64,000 bases of DNA from Chloroherpetonaceae bacterium (GTDB lineage: Bacteria > Bacteroidota > Chlorobiia > Chlorobiales > Thermochlorobacteraceae), in NCBI GenBank assembly GCA_033763895.1, contig JANRJQ010000014.1, forward strand, positions 68,926 to 132,925. The letters are read 5' to 3'. The position numbers were made by a program, and so were the translations under genes. The notes beneath the pieces were generated by a model. The model was not told the origin of the DNA. It saw only the letters and a program-made list of their open reading frames with translations, and did no database searches. Of this stretch, positions 33,909 through 42,583 are shown in pieces. Each line of letters starts with the position of its first letter. Position 1 is the stretch's first letter.

Positions 33909-34913
33909 CTACTCCCCCTCGCCTTCGAAGAGCGTTTCAAGCGGCTCAGCGCTAAGGTGGTGGATTTCGCGGAGATAGCGTGCGAGCACATCCGATTGTC
34001 CGTGGGTGATATACACTTGTTTCGCACCGGTGGCAAGAATGGTGCTCACGAGGTCGTTCCAATCGGCGTGGTCGGAGATTGCAAAGCCGCGGTCGTAGCC
34101 GCGTTGCTTCTTCTTTCCACGAACTGCCATCCACCCCGAGGCAAAGGCCGTTTGCGGGTCTTGAAATCGGTTCATCCACTCCGAGCGGTGTGTCGAAGGC
34201 GGCGCTAAGATAATCGATTGCCCGAAGCTTTGTTTCTTTCTTCCTCCACCCGCGGGTAAGGTTGCTGGAGAGAAGGGTGCGAGCGTGTAGCCACATTCGC
34301 GGTATAGTTCCGAAAGGGCGATGGCAGCACCGTGAAGATAAATCGGTGGTGTATCGAGCAAAGCAAATTCGGCGAGCAATCGCTGTGCTTTTCCGAAAGC
34401 ATAACAAAAAACAAGGCTCGGGCCGTTATACCCTTTTGCCCAATCCACAATTTCTTTGGCGAGTTCGGCGGTATTCTGCCATTGATAAATCGGGAGCCCG
34501 AACGTGGCTTCGGAGATGAAGGTATCGCATTGCACAACTTCGAAAGGCTCGCAACTGCGGTCGGGCGTGCGTTTATAGTCGCCCGAAACAACCCAAACGG
34601 ATTCGCGGCCATTCTCATCTTTCCCTTCGATGCGGATTTGTGCGGAGCCAAGCACATGCCCGGCGGGGTGAAACGACACCCAAACATCACCAAAGCGTTT
34701 TTTTTCACCATAAGGAACGGCGGTTCCGCTGATGTTGCCGAGCCGCTTTTGCATTGCACGGAGTCCGGTTGGCGTAGCGAAGTAATGCGTGTGACCGGGT
34801 CGTGCGTGGTCGGCATGAGCATGCGTAATGATGGCGGTTGGAACAGGTCTCCACGGGTCTATGTGGAAATTGCCCTTCTTGCAGTAAAGCCCTTCAGTGG
34901 TGACGGTGACCAT
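33909..34913 (-). CDS. Ligase-associated DNA damage response exonuclease (metallo-beta-lactamase/beta-CASP)
   Basis: 334 aa with ITHAHADHARPGH (HxHxDH) and a C-terminal ISDHADWNDL...YITHG. Confidence 0.85.
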   Translation of the reverse strand: MVTVTTEGLYCKKGNFHIDPWRPVPTAIITHAHADHARPGHTHYFATPTGLRAMQKRLGNISGTAVPYGEKKRFGDVWVSFHPAGHVLGSAQIRIEGKDENGRESVWVVSGDYKRTPDRSCEPFEVVQCDTFISEATFGLPIYQWQNTAELAKEIVDWAKGYNGPSLVFCYAFGKAQRLLAEFALLDTPPIYLHGAAIALSELYRECGYTLAPFSPATLPAGGGRKKQSFGQSIILAPPSTHRSEWMNRFQDPQTAFASGWMAVRGKKKQRGYDRGFAISDHADWNDLVSTILATGAKQVYITHGQSDVLARYLREIHHLSAEPLETLFEGEGE

Positions 34914-34966
34914 TATTACACTTGATTATTTCCTTGAAAGCCATTTCCCAACCTACAAAATCAATT

Positions 34967-36286
34967 TTAATTTTTTTTATTCGTAAATGGCATAAAAATG
35001 CCCTTTGAAGTGGATTGGTCGAGAATTTGAATGGCTTCTTCTCGGTTTGGGAAAAGGATTTCTTGTCTTCGAATTCCGGCATAATACCGTGTGTAAAAAT
35101 GAAGGAAAAAAATAAACGAAAAAAGATATAGAATTACTGAAATTGCCGAAATCACCTGTATTTGATATTGGCGATATTTCAAAAGAAATTGAAATTTTTC
35201 TTTGATTGAAATCAATAAAAACCCTGCTGAAAGGAGTGTGAAAGATGAGTAAATATGGTATCTCGAAACCATTGCTTGAGATAGACCAAATTGGCTTCGA
35301 GTGAGTGCTGCCAATAGCGACGTCCCCAAAAAGAAAATGACCATAAAGAAGAATGGATTTCTCCAAACCCGTTTTAATTCATTTTCTTCTTGGTGAATCA
35401 ACCCCTCAATTGCCACTACCCATACCAAAACCCCAATCGTAACCGACGGGATAAGTGAGATAAGGGTAAGAGTAGGAAAATTATTTCCTCCAATTGAAAA
35501 TGCACTTCCTAAAAATGAAAAACTGAAAATCATCATCGATGTTATTTGATCGAAGGAAATTTGAATTTCTGATGAAGATGGTTTGGATAAAAAAATAGCG
35601 AGATGACCCAATGATAAAATTATGGAAATGAGTAGCGCCCAATATTTTTTATTCATCGCAAAGTAAAAGGCAACCAAAAAAGGTAAAAGCAGACCATTTC
35701 CTTGTGCAAAAGGCGCTAAAGATGAAAAAAGTAGTGCGATTACCCATCCATACTGAGATTTATGATTTAGCCAATATGCTGTAAGAACAAGGAGCGCAAG
35801 GACTGCTGACGATTGGATGCTTGCCATTGCCCAAAGCATACTTTCGGCTGAACCGGTGTGAAAGAAAAAGATTGTACAAATAATAATTATCCAAGGGGAT
35901 TTTGATATCAATTCATTTGTGATTTCAATTTCCTTAAGAAGTGAAACAAAACAGAGGTAGGCTGATAAATGAAGCAGCAATCCGTAAAAAATGATTCGCT
36001 GAAAATGAATTTCTCCAAATAAAGCGTGATCAAATAAAAAAAATAGTCTTGTAATTACAATTCGATGTTCATTATGCGGAGAAAATAATAAAGAAAATGT
36101 TTCACTTAATGTTGATTACCCTTTGATTCGGTTTAGAAAATCAATTAAAGTGAAGTCATCTAATATTGGAAAATTCGCTGATCCAAAAAGGGAAAGGAAA
36201 GTATAAACCCCAATGATTCCGATTGATGCCCAAAGCGAAAACTCGGAGTGGAGAAAAATCAATTGCTGCTTTTTATACAAATTCAT
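34967..36286 (-). pseudogene. Polytopic membrane protein (GT-C-like?) with one in-frame TAA
   Basis: An ATG at 36286 opens 56 codons (MNLYKKQQLIFLHSEFSLWASIGIIGVYTF...LNRIKG). A TAA follows at 36116-36118. The same frame then continues (STLSETFSLLFSPHNEHRIVITRLFFLFDHALFG...) into the tracked ORF 34967-35980. Confidence 0.6.
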
Positions 36287-36393
36287 AGGGTCGAATTCAA
36301 TTCAATGAATTCATTTGATTAATTTTTAATATAAACCCTTATTAAAAAATCTTGGGAATCTCTCAAGATTTATTTTTTCCATTATTTCACTTT

Positions 36394-36531
36394 CACCAAA
36401 GCGACGCTTTTCATCATATAGGACTGCAGTGTCCGAAAAATTGCCGAGCCGCTTTTGAATTGCCCGAATTCCGGTTGTGGTGGAAATCGCCTTTTTTTTC
36501 AGTATAGCCCTTCAGCGGTGAGGGTGACCAA
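36394..36531 (-). pseudogene. Decayed duplicate of the exonuclease gene 5' end
   Basis: It aligns with 34688-34913 apart from a deletion of about 88 bp that removes the HxHxDH region. It encodes (L)VTLTAEGLY* and TTGIRAIQKRLGNFSDTAVLYDEKRRFG, against MVTVTTEGLYC and PTGLRAMQKRLGNISGTAVPYGEKKRFG in the intact gene. Confidence 0.75.
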
Positions 36532-36593
36532 CTCTTTCAATTTTTTATGTTAAATAATAACCCAAAATGGATTCGGGGCTTTATTGACTTTTT

Positions 36594-37586
36594 TTACTTG
36601 ATAAGCACCATTTTTTTCGTTGAAGTAAAGTTCCCTGCGGTGAGCTTATAGAAATAAACGCCGCTGCTTAAGTTCCCTGCTTGAAAAGGAATTTCGTAAC
36701 GACCCGCAGGTTGAGCGCTGTTTACTAAGGTTGTAACCACTCGCCCTAAAGCATCATAAACAACCAAGTTCACCGTTGCCCGTTCTGCCAAGTTGTAACG
36801 AATGACCGTACTCGGGTTAAAAGGATTCGGGAAATTTTGACTCAATTCAAACCCCAATGCTTTTGATTCATTAATTCTTGCCGACGCAACACCAAAGTTT
36901 TTTACCGTACCGTTATTTTTATTGATTGAATAATCGATTACCGTGCCGTTTTGCCAATCATTTAGACGCCAATACCCAACAAGGCCGCTATCCGGAGAAG
37001 TGTAGGTTGATGCCCTGAGCGAATCACTCCACGCTGAGGCAATTTGAGTGGCAGTTCGAGCGACACGCCACACCCGAGTTTCTTGCATACTGCCATAAAG
37101 AAAGAATAAGTTATCGCCGCGTTGGCCTAAAAAAAGATTGGCTGTGTTGGTATCAGGAAGCGACGTTGTCAGGGTTTCTTTAATAAATTTTCCATTGAAA
37201 TAGACGCTTAATTTCAAACTATCAAATACCGCAGCATAATGTGTCCAAACGCCGGTTTTGATGGTTGAATCCGACCCGATTTGCCGTTCGTTGGGTGTAA
37301 ACCAAACTTCCCCAACATTCTCATAAATCCAAAGGCTTGGGGGACGGTTGGGAACTGCTTCTTTTGAAATCAACGCTTGCCAATTGGAACTTAAAATGGT
37401 GTCGGTTCGGACCCAAGTTTCCAAGGTCCATTGTTTCGAATAATTATAGGCCGAGATATGCGGGATTTCGACATAAGAAGTCCCTGTAAAGGGCATTGAA
37501 TTTGTAAATGGCTGTGCGTGAAGCGTATGAGAAAATACAAAGATGCCCAATAGGAGCATGAAAAGATGGATGTTATTTTTTATCAT
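36594..37586 (-). CDS. T9SS-sorted LamG/concanavalin-A-like lectin domain protein
   Basis: Signal peptide, a LamG-like core (WTLETWVRTD...ALISKE...LSVYFNGKF), and a C-terminal NPFNPSTVIRYNL...GVYFYKLTAGNFTSTKKMVLIK. Confidence 0.75.
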   Translation of the reverse strand: MIKNNIHLFMLLLGIFVFSHTLHAQPFTNSMPFTGTSYVEIPHISAYNYSKQWTLETWVRTDTILSSNWQALISKEAVPNRPPSLWIYENVGEVWFTPNERQIGSDSTIKTGVWTHYAAVFDSLKLSVYFNGKFIKETLTTSLPDTNTANLFLGQRGDNLFFLYGSMQETRVWRVARTATQIASAWSDSLRASTYTSPDSGLVGYWRLNDWQNGTVIDYSINKNNGTVKNFGVASARINESKALGFELSQNFPNPFNPSTVIRYNLAERATVNLVVYDALGRVVTTLVNSAQPAGRYEIPFQAGNLSSGVYFYKLTAGNFTSTKKMVLIK

Positions 37587-37651
37587 TGTATTATTTGTTT
37601 TGGTTAAATAAAAGATAAAGATTTTCTCTTAATCGATTTCATTTCATTGAT

Positions 37652-38071
37652 ATGAAAAAAGTTTTTCTTTTGCTCCTGATTGCAAGTACGACATTTGCTA
37701 AAGAAGGCATTTCACAAACACCTGAAACCGTTGTTGAAGCCCAGCTGAAAGCCTACAACAAACGCGACATCGAAGCCTTCCTTGCCACCTATCACGATAG
37801 TATTGAGGTATGTGAATATTCCGGTAAGGTTACAATGAAAGGCAAAGACGGCTTACGCTCGGTTTACGGCGGGATGTTCAAAACACTTGAAGTCTTAGAA
37901 GCGAAAATTTCAAAGCGAATCACCATTGGCAATAAAGTGATTGATCAGGAAACCGCGACTTTCACTTCCAAAACCCCTGAAGGAAAATTGCAGTCGAATT
38001 CGCTCACGGTGGTTGTAATCTACGAGATTACGAATAACCTGATTTCCCGCGTTACTTTCATTCGAAACTAA
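37652..38071 (+). CDS. SnoaL-like/NTF2-family protein with a signal peptide
   Basis: 139 aa with PETVVEAQLKAYNKRDIEAFLATYHDSIEV, typical of the NTF2-like fold. Confidence 0.65.
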   Translation: MKKVFLLLLIASTTFAKEGISQTPETVVEAQLKAYNKRDIEAFLATYHDSIEVCEYSGKVTMKGKDGLRSVYGGMFKTLEVLEAKISKRITIGNKVIDQETATFTSKTPEGKLQSNSLTVVVIYEITNNLISRVTFIRN

Positions 38072-38083
38072 CCAGCTTTTTTC

Positions 38084-39022
38084 TTAAATCGCTCGTTTCA
38101 ATTGTTTACACAGTTCAGCGGCGTAGCGCGCGAGAATCTCAGCTTTTTCGGGGTCGATAATGGCGGATTGCGCGCCAAGCGTAAGCCCTTTATCCGTAAA
38201 GAGGATCCCGTGTTGGTCAATCGCCGATTCCTTCACAAATCCAAAATCCTTTTCTCGCCACTCCAAAAGAAATCGCTCGAATTCACCCGTCAGCGTACGC
38301 TCAAGCAAGCGTAGGGTTGACGCCACGGCATAGAATTTTTCTGCGAATTCCGGGTTTTGTGAGACATGCGCCGGCGAGCCTTTGATTTTCACCTTCTTTC
38401 CTTCATCGCCAAAGTACCCTTTGGTGTAAAACGAAATCGCCGCCGAAGCCGCAGTTTGAATGGCCGAAGCAACAATTTTTCCAAAAATACCACTCCCTTC
38501 TGATGGCGCGATTTGTGTAGCACCTTTCATTGAAGGACTGGAGATAATGAGCAGAAATTCGCCGGGCGAGAGTGAAATGCTTTCACAGGTAAACTTTAAG
38601 CTTAAATCCATTTCATCGAGTCGATAGACATGTGTTGTCGGTTTATTATCATAGTTAGCACTATTGAGCCTGATGAATGATTCCATTCGCCACCGAATTC
38701 CGTCGGTTTCGCCGTGAAGCTCATAGCGGCCGGTGCGAATGGTTCGCGGACTGCCGTCGGGGTTTTCCCCGAAATGGCAAAGATGTTGACCCAGCCTTTC
38801 CTCTGCACCCGCCACGCTTGCAGCCGTTTCTTTTTGCGAATCAACAGTTTGTTGATACTCGGCGCTTGCCACTTCAATGGCTTTGCTTCGTTTGCGATAA
38901 GTGAATGCCCTGAACAGCGCAGCAAGTGCAAGCATCAGATAAAGAAAGTTTCCGCCAAAAATGCCATAGAATACGCTTTCCCAAACACTTGTTAGAATTT
39001 CTTCCATACTGCCTCCGTGCAC
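38084..39022 (-). CDS. Membrane-anchored hypothetical protein
   Basis: 312 aa with an N-terminal TM segment (FYGIFGGNFLYLMLALAALF). No family recognised. Confidence 0.5.
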   Translation of the reverse strand: MHGGSMEEILTSVWESVFYGIFGGNFLYLMLALAALFRAFTYRKRSKAIEVASAEYQQTVDSQKETAASVAGAEERLGQHLCHFGENPDGSPRTIRTGRYELHGETDGIRWRMESFIRLNSANYDNKPTTHVYRLDEMDLSLKFTCESISLSPGEFLLIISSPSMKGATQIAPSEGSGIFGKIVASAIQTAASAAISFYTKGYFGDEGKKVKIKGSPAHVSQNPEFAEKFYAVASTLRLLERTLTGEFERFLLEWREKDFGFVKESAIDQHGILFTDKGLTLGAQSAIIDPEKAEILARYAAELCKQLKRAI

Positions 39023-39080
39023 GGTTTGTTATTGGTTCAATCTTTTAGTTGCTTCAATTCAAATTTATGGTTGCATTTGT

Positions 39081-39509
39081 TCAGGTCAATTTATCCTTCG
39101 GCTGTTGCTGAAGTTTTTCAAGAATCTGTATGGCTTCATTTGCTTTAAGAGCGGGCACAAAGCAATAGTCGTGATAAAACCCGGCGATGATATTGGCCGC
39201 AATGGATTCTTTTGCCAAAGCTGAACTCACGGCGGCGGTGAGCCCAACTGCTTCTAAGCTTGAGTGAACGGAAAGTTTTATCGCGCGATAAGGAGCTGAA
39301 ATTTGTTGAATGTGATTATTCTCTTTTAATGCTTCAAGCGATTGTTCATTCACCACCAAAGTCGTTCCTTCTGTTTCTTGAATGATTGCAAAAGGTTGAA
39401 GCGCGAGCAATTCGTGCGAAACTTTTGGGAGTGAAATAAAGAAATACGCATCGGGCAGCAACACCGGTGAGAGGTTGCGAAGCAAATGGTGGAGATTGGT
39501 TTCGCCCAT
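39081..39509 (-). CDS. ACT-domain-containing protein
   Basis: Start moved to the ATG at 39509 (MGETNLHHLLRNLSPVLLPDAYFF...). The tracked start is a TTG. The C-terminal part reads LEAVGLTAAVSSALAKESIAANIIAGFYHDYCFVP. Confidence 0.6.
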   Translation of the reverse strand: MGETNLHHLLRNLSPVLLPDAYFFISLPKVSHELLALQPFAIIQETEGTTLVVNEQSLEALKENNHIQQISAPYRAIKLSVHSSLEAVGLTAAVSSALAKESIAANIIAGFYHDYCFVPALKANEAIQILEKLQQQPKDKLT

Positions 39510-39589
39510 TGCTGAATTTAGTTGATATTCAAGCAGATGCAGTTCTATGAAGTTAGAATAACTTTGCTGCCGTTGCAAATAGGCTAAGA

Positions 39590-40684
39590 TTACGGTAAAG
39601 CCTTTTTGAACGTCACAAACCGATTGTTTTTTAAGTCGGCGACATAAATGTTTCCTTCTTCATCGGCCACAATGTCATGCGGGACAGCAAGGTTGCCCTG
39701 TTCCTTTCCATATTCGCCAAATCTCTCAATCACATTTCCGTTCAAATCCAAAATCACCACTTGGCTTTGCAGCGGTTTCGTAGGATCATCAAGTACATTC
39801 CCGCCATCCGCGACATAAAGCTTTTCACCTACCATATATAACCCAAACGGCCGCCCGATTTCCGGCTTCTGCCAAATTGAAATCAACTCACCCTCGGGCG
39901 AATACACCTTGATTCGGCTGTTGGCACGGTCAGCCACATAAATTCGCCCACTGCTATCAGTCGTGATGCCGTGAGGCAAGTGAAAGGCATTTTCTCTGTT
40001 TCCAAATTCACTTTCTTCCCACAAGAACTTCCCCGAAGAATCGAAAGCGGCGATCCGATAATTTCGGTATCCATCGGAGACAATAATTCCGCCGTTCTTT
40101 GTAAAAGCCACATCGGTAGGCCGAGCAAAAAGATACGGCCGATGTGGTGCGGGAATTATGGGGATGCTTGTGCGCAGGCGGAAGAGTGTTTCGTAGGTTT
40201 GGGTGTGAGGCTCGCCAATGGTTTGAAGCAAGGCACCATCACGGGTAAAGCGGTAAATTAAATTCGTTTCGGTATCGGTAATCCACACTTCACCTTTGGG
40301 CGAAACCGCAAGTCCGTGCGGCGATTTGAACATTCCTGCTCCCCATTCTTTTACCACCGATTTCGTTTCGCGGTCAAATTCAATGACCACCGGTTTTTGA
40401 ATGGGTTCTCGATTCCCATATCCTTTATCGGCGCGATGCAGGGCGAGCAAATTGCCGTTGGGCAAGAGTGCAACACCCACGGCATCGTTGGTTTGAATGG
40501 CTGGCGTTTGATAAATCTCCGCACGGTAGCCGGCAAGGGAATCGGGCGTTGAAGGAAGAAAATCTAAATAAACCACCTTTGGCTTTGCAAAATAACTCCA
40601 CGCCAAAAGCGCAACGCCTGCAAGCAGCACATAAATGCTTAACCGCAACGCCCACCGAAAGGCAAATTGAAAAAGCTTTTTCAT
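39590..40684 (-). CDS. NHL-repeat six-bladed beta-propeller protein (peptidyl-alpha-hydroxyglycine lyase-like)
   Basis: N-terminal TM or signal segment and repeated HG(L/I)..D..G.IYVAD-type NHL blades. Confidence 0.75.
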   Translation of the reverse strand: MKKLFQFAFRWALRLSIYVLLAGVALLAWSYFAKPKVVYLDFLPSTPDSLAGYRAEIYQTPAIQTNDAVGVALLPNGNLLALHRADKGYGNREPIQKPVVIEFDRETKSVVKEWGAGMFKSPHGLAVSPKGEVWITDTETNLIYRFTRDGALLQTIGEPHTQTYETLFRLRTSIPIIPAPHRPYLFARPTDVAFTKNGGIIVSDGYRNYRIAAFDSSGKFLWEESEFGNRENAFHLPHGITTDSSGRIYVADRANSRIKVYSPEGELISIWQKPEIGRPFGLYMVGEKLYVADGGNVLDDPTKPLQSQVVILDLNGNVIERFGEYGKEQGNLAVPHDIVADEEGNIYVADLKNNRFVTFKKALP

Positions 40685-41016
40685 CTCTTTTTTCTTGATA
40701 TAAAAGCGGAAAATACGGGAGTTGTGATTGAATTCGAAAGGAATGTCGAAATGAGATACAGAGAAATGAACGATACTTTTGGGAAGAAAACCTATGAGAG
40801 GTGAATTTGCTTTTGGGGAGAAAAAACAGAAGGGCGTGATTTCGAGGCGGCTGCATTCCTATACTCCTTCGCCGTCAGGACTCCAATCCACGCCCTTTCG
40901 CGGTCTTTTCATCGTTTGCTTGTGCTTCAGTCAGCTTTCGGTACATTGCCATCATTTTATAAACATTTATTGCCTCACCTAAGTTTCAACTATTTGTATT
41001 CACTTGAACATTTCTC

Positions 41017-41955
41017 ATGCAAAGCACTTTTTTCAGTTTCCTTGTTTTAATGGGCATCGGCGCATTGTGGCAGCTTTTTTCGGAGTCGCGCGAGCGTGAG
41101 GCTATTCGTAGTGCCATCGGTGCCATTGTAATCAATACCTTTCTTCCGGCCCTGACCTTCACCGTGCTTTATCGTGCCCCACTTTCGGCAGAGACTTGGC
41201 AAATTCCTGTGCTTTCAATGCTTCTTTGCCTTTTGCTCTTGGCCATTGCTTTTGGGGTTTATCGACTATTGATGATGACTTTTTCCTCAATCTTGGTTCC
41301 CTTATCACAAGGGTCATTTGGCGCGCTTCTACTTGCAACCGCGTGGTGCAATGCCACATACCTTGGCTTGCCCGTCATCACGCTTTTTTTGGGCGAACCC
41401 GCCGCACGAATCCCGATTCTCTTTGATCTTTTAGCTCTAACGCCGCTTTTGCTCACCTTTGGCGCACTGCTGGGAGCGCGGTTTGGCGAGGGCGAAAAAC
41501 AAAATCTACTTGGGCTGTTTCGAACGGTTGTGAAACTGCCACCGCTTTGGGGTGCGGTTTTAGGATTGCTCTTTAATGCCCTTCACATTCCCTTGCCGGA
41601 GTTTCTTTTTCAAGCCTTGAAGATGGGCGGCGCGATTGTCTCTCCTTTGATGATTTTTTCGGTTGGGCTTGCCCTGAGCTTCAAACCTTCGTGGCGCGTG
41701 CTTTGGGCAACGCCGGCCATTTTGCTTAAACTTTTTGTATCACCATTCATCGCTTATGGACTTTCTCTGTGGCTTGGAATGATGGGCGAAGCGCATCAAG
41801 GTGTGGTGATTGAAGCCGCAATGCCATCGATGGTGCTCACAATGGTTTTGGCCGATCGCTTCAAGCTCGATTCTGAACTTTTGGCTCAAACCATTGCGCT
41901 CAGCACGGTGTGTTCATTTCTTTCATTGCCGCTCGTTTGGCGGTTAATCTCTTAA
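41017..41955 (+). CDS. AEC (auxin efflux carrier) family transporter
   Basis: 312 aa with about 10 TM segments and a typical AEC N-terminus and C-terminus. Confidence 0.8.
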   Translation: MQSTFFSFLVLMGIGALWQLFSESREREAIRSAIGAIVINTFLPALTFTVLYRAPLSAETWQIPVLSMLLCLLLLAIAFGVYRLLMMTFSSILVPLSQGSFGALLLATAWCNATYLGLPVITLFLGEPAARIPILFDLLALTPLLLTFGALLGARFGEGEKQNLLGLFRTVVKLPPLWGAVLGLLFNALHIPLPEFLFQALKMGGAIVSPLMIFSVGLALSFKPSWRVLWATPAILLKLFVSPFIAYGLSLWLGMMGEAHQGVVIEAAMPSMVLTMVLADRFKLDSELLAQTIALSTVCSFLSLPLVWRLIS

Positions 41956-41962
41956 GCTACCT

Positions 41963-42439
41963 CTACAACTCACTCATCTTTTTGCGGTAGTCCTCTGCAA
42001 GTTTTCGGCGAAGTTTGGCTTTCTCGTATCGGCGCTTTTCATCAGGCGTTTCGGGGGAGACTGGGCGAACGCGTGTAGGCTTTCCGCTTTCATCAACGGC
42101 AACCATTGTGAAGTACGAAGAGTTGGTATGCCGCACCGATTTCTCCCGCACATTTTCTGCAATCACCTTTACCCCAACTTCCATCGATGTGGTTCCGGTG
42201 AAGTTAATCGAAGCTAAAAAGGTGACCAATTCGCCGATATAAATCGGTTCCTTAAACAGCACTTGATCGACCGAAAGCGTGACCACATAGCTGCCGGAGT
42301 AACGCGAAGCACAGGCATACGCCACTTGATCGAGCAGTTTTAAGATTGAACCGCCGTGCACTTTTCCTGAAAAATTCGCCATATCGGGTGTCATGAGCAC
42401 CGTCATGCTCAGCTCATTAATTTTTTCAAAATCAATCAT
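41963..42439 (-). CDS. Acyl-CoA thioesterase (hotdog fold, YciA-like)
   Basis: Start moved to the ATG at 42439 (MIDFEKINELSMTVLMTPDMANFSGKVHGG...). The tracked start is a TTG inside the upstream palindrome. Confidence 0.85.
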   Translation of the reverse strand: MIDFEKINELSMTVLMTPDMANFSGKVHGGSILKLLDQVAYACASRYSGSYVVTLSVDQVLFKEPIYIGELVTFLASINFTGTTSMEVGVKVIAENVREKSVRHTNSSYFTMVAVDESGKPTRVRPVSPETPDEKRRYEKAKLRRKLAEDYRKKMSEL

Positions 42440-42468
42440 AAAAGTTCGTTTTTTGTTTAATTTCAAAA

Positions 42469-42501
42469 TTGACTGTTGACTATTGACAGTCAATAGTCAA
42501 C
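42469..42501. promoter_or_regulatory. Candidate operator / divergent promoter core: TTGAC heptad repeats forming a 27-bp palindrome
   Basis: ttgactg-ttgacta-ttgaca-gtcaata-gtcaac. The 13-bp arms (42475-42487 and 42489-42501) are perfect around a central base at 42488. It lies between the divergent thioesterase and cytochrome c genes. Confidence 0.5.
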
Positions 42502-42583
42502 TTTTTTTTATTGTTTTTTGAATCTCCCCATTTTACTCCCAATTTTGCATATCCGCCCTTTGAACAACTAAAAATGAACAAAA

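Noticed and set aside
33952-34925. Three long overlapping ORFs (151, 205 and 197 aa) in other frames of the exonuclease gene
   Set aside because: The MBL exonuclease frame has clear catalytic motifs. The alternatives are Arg/Pro-rich frames typical of the more GC-rich stretch.
15415-36118. In-frame TAG (15415-15417) and TAA (36116-36118) as programmed recoding (pyrrolysine or read-through)
   Set aside because: Two different stop codons are involved. No pyl or recoding machinery or downstream structures were noticed. Both genes sit in scarred cassettes, so pseudogenisation or sequencing error is more parsimonious.
40425-40982. ORFs of 143, 76 and 67 aa around the NHL gene start and the 330-bp intergenic region
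   Set aside because: They overlap the NHL gene in other frames and have Arg/Cys-rich composition. I could not support any small gene or RNA here.
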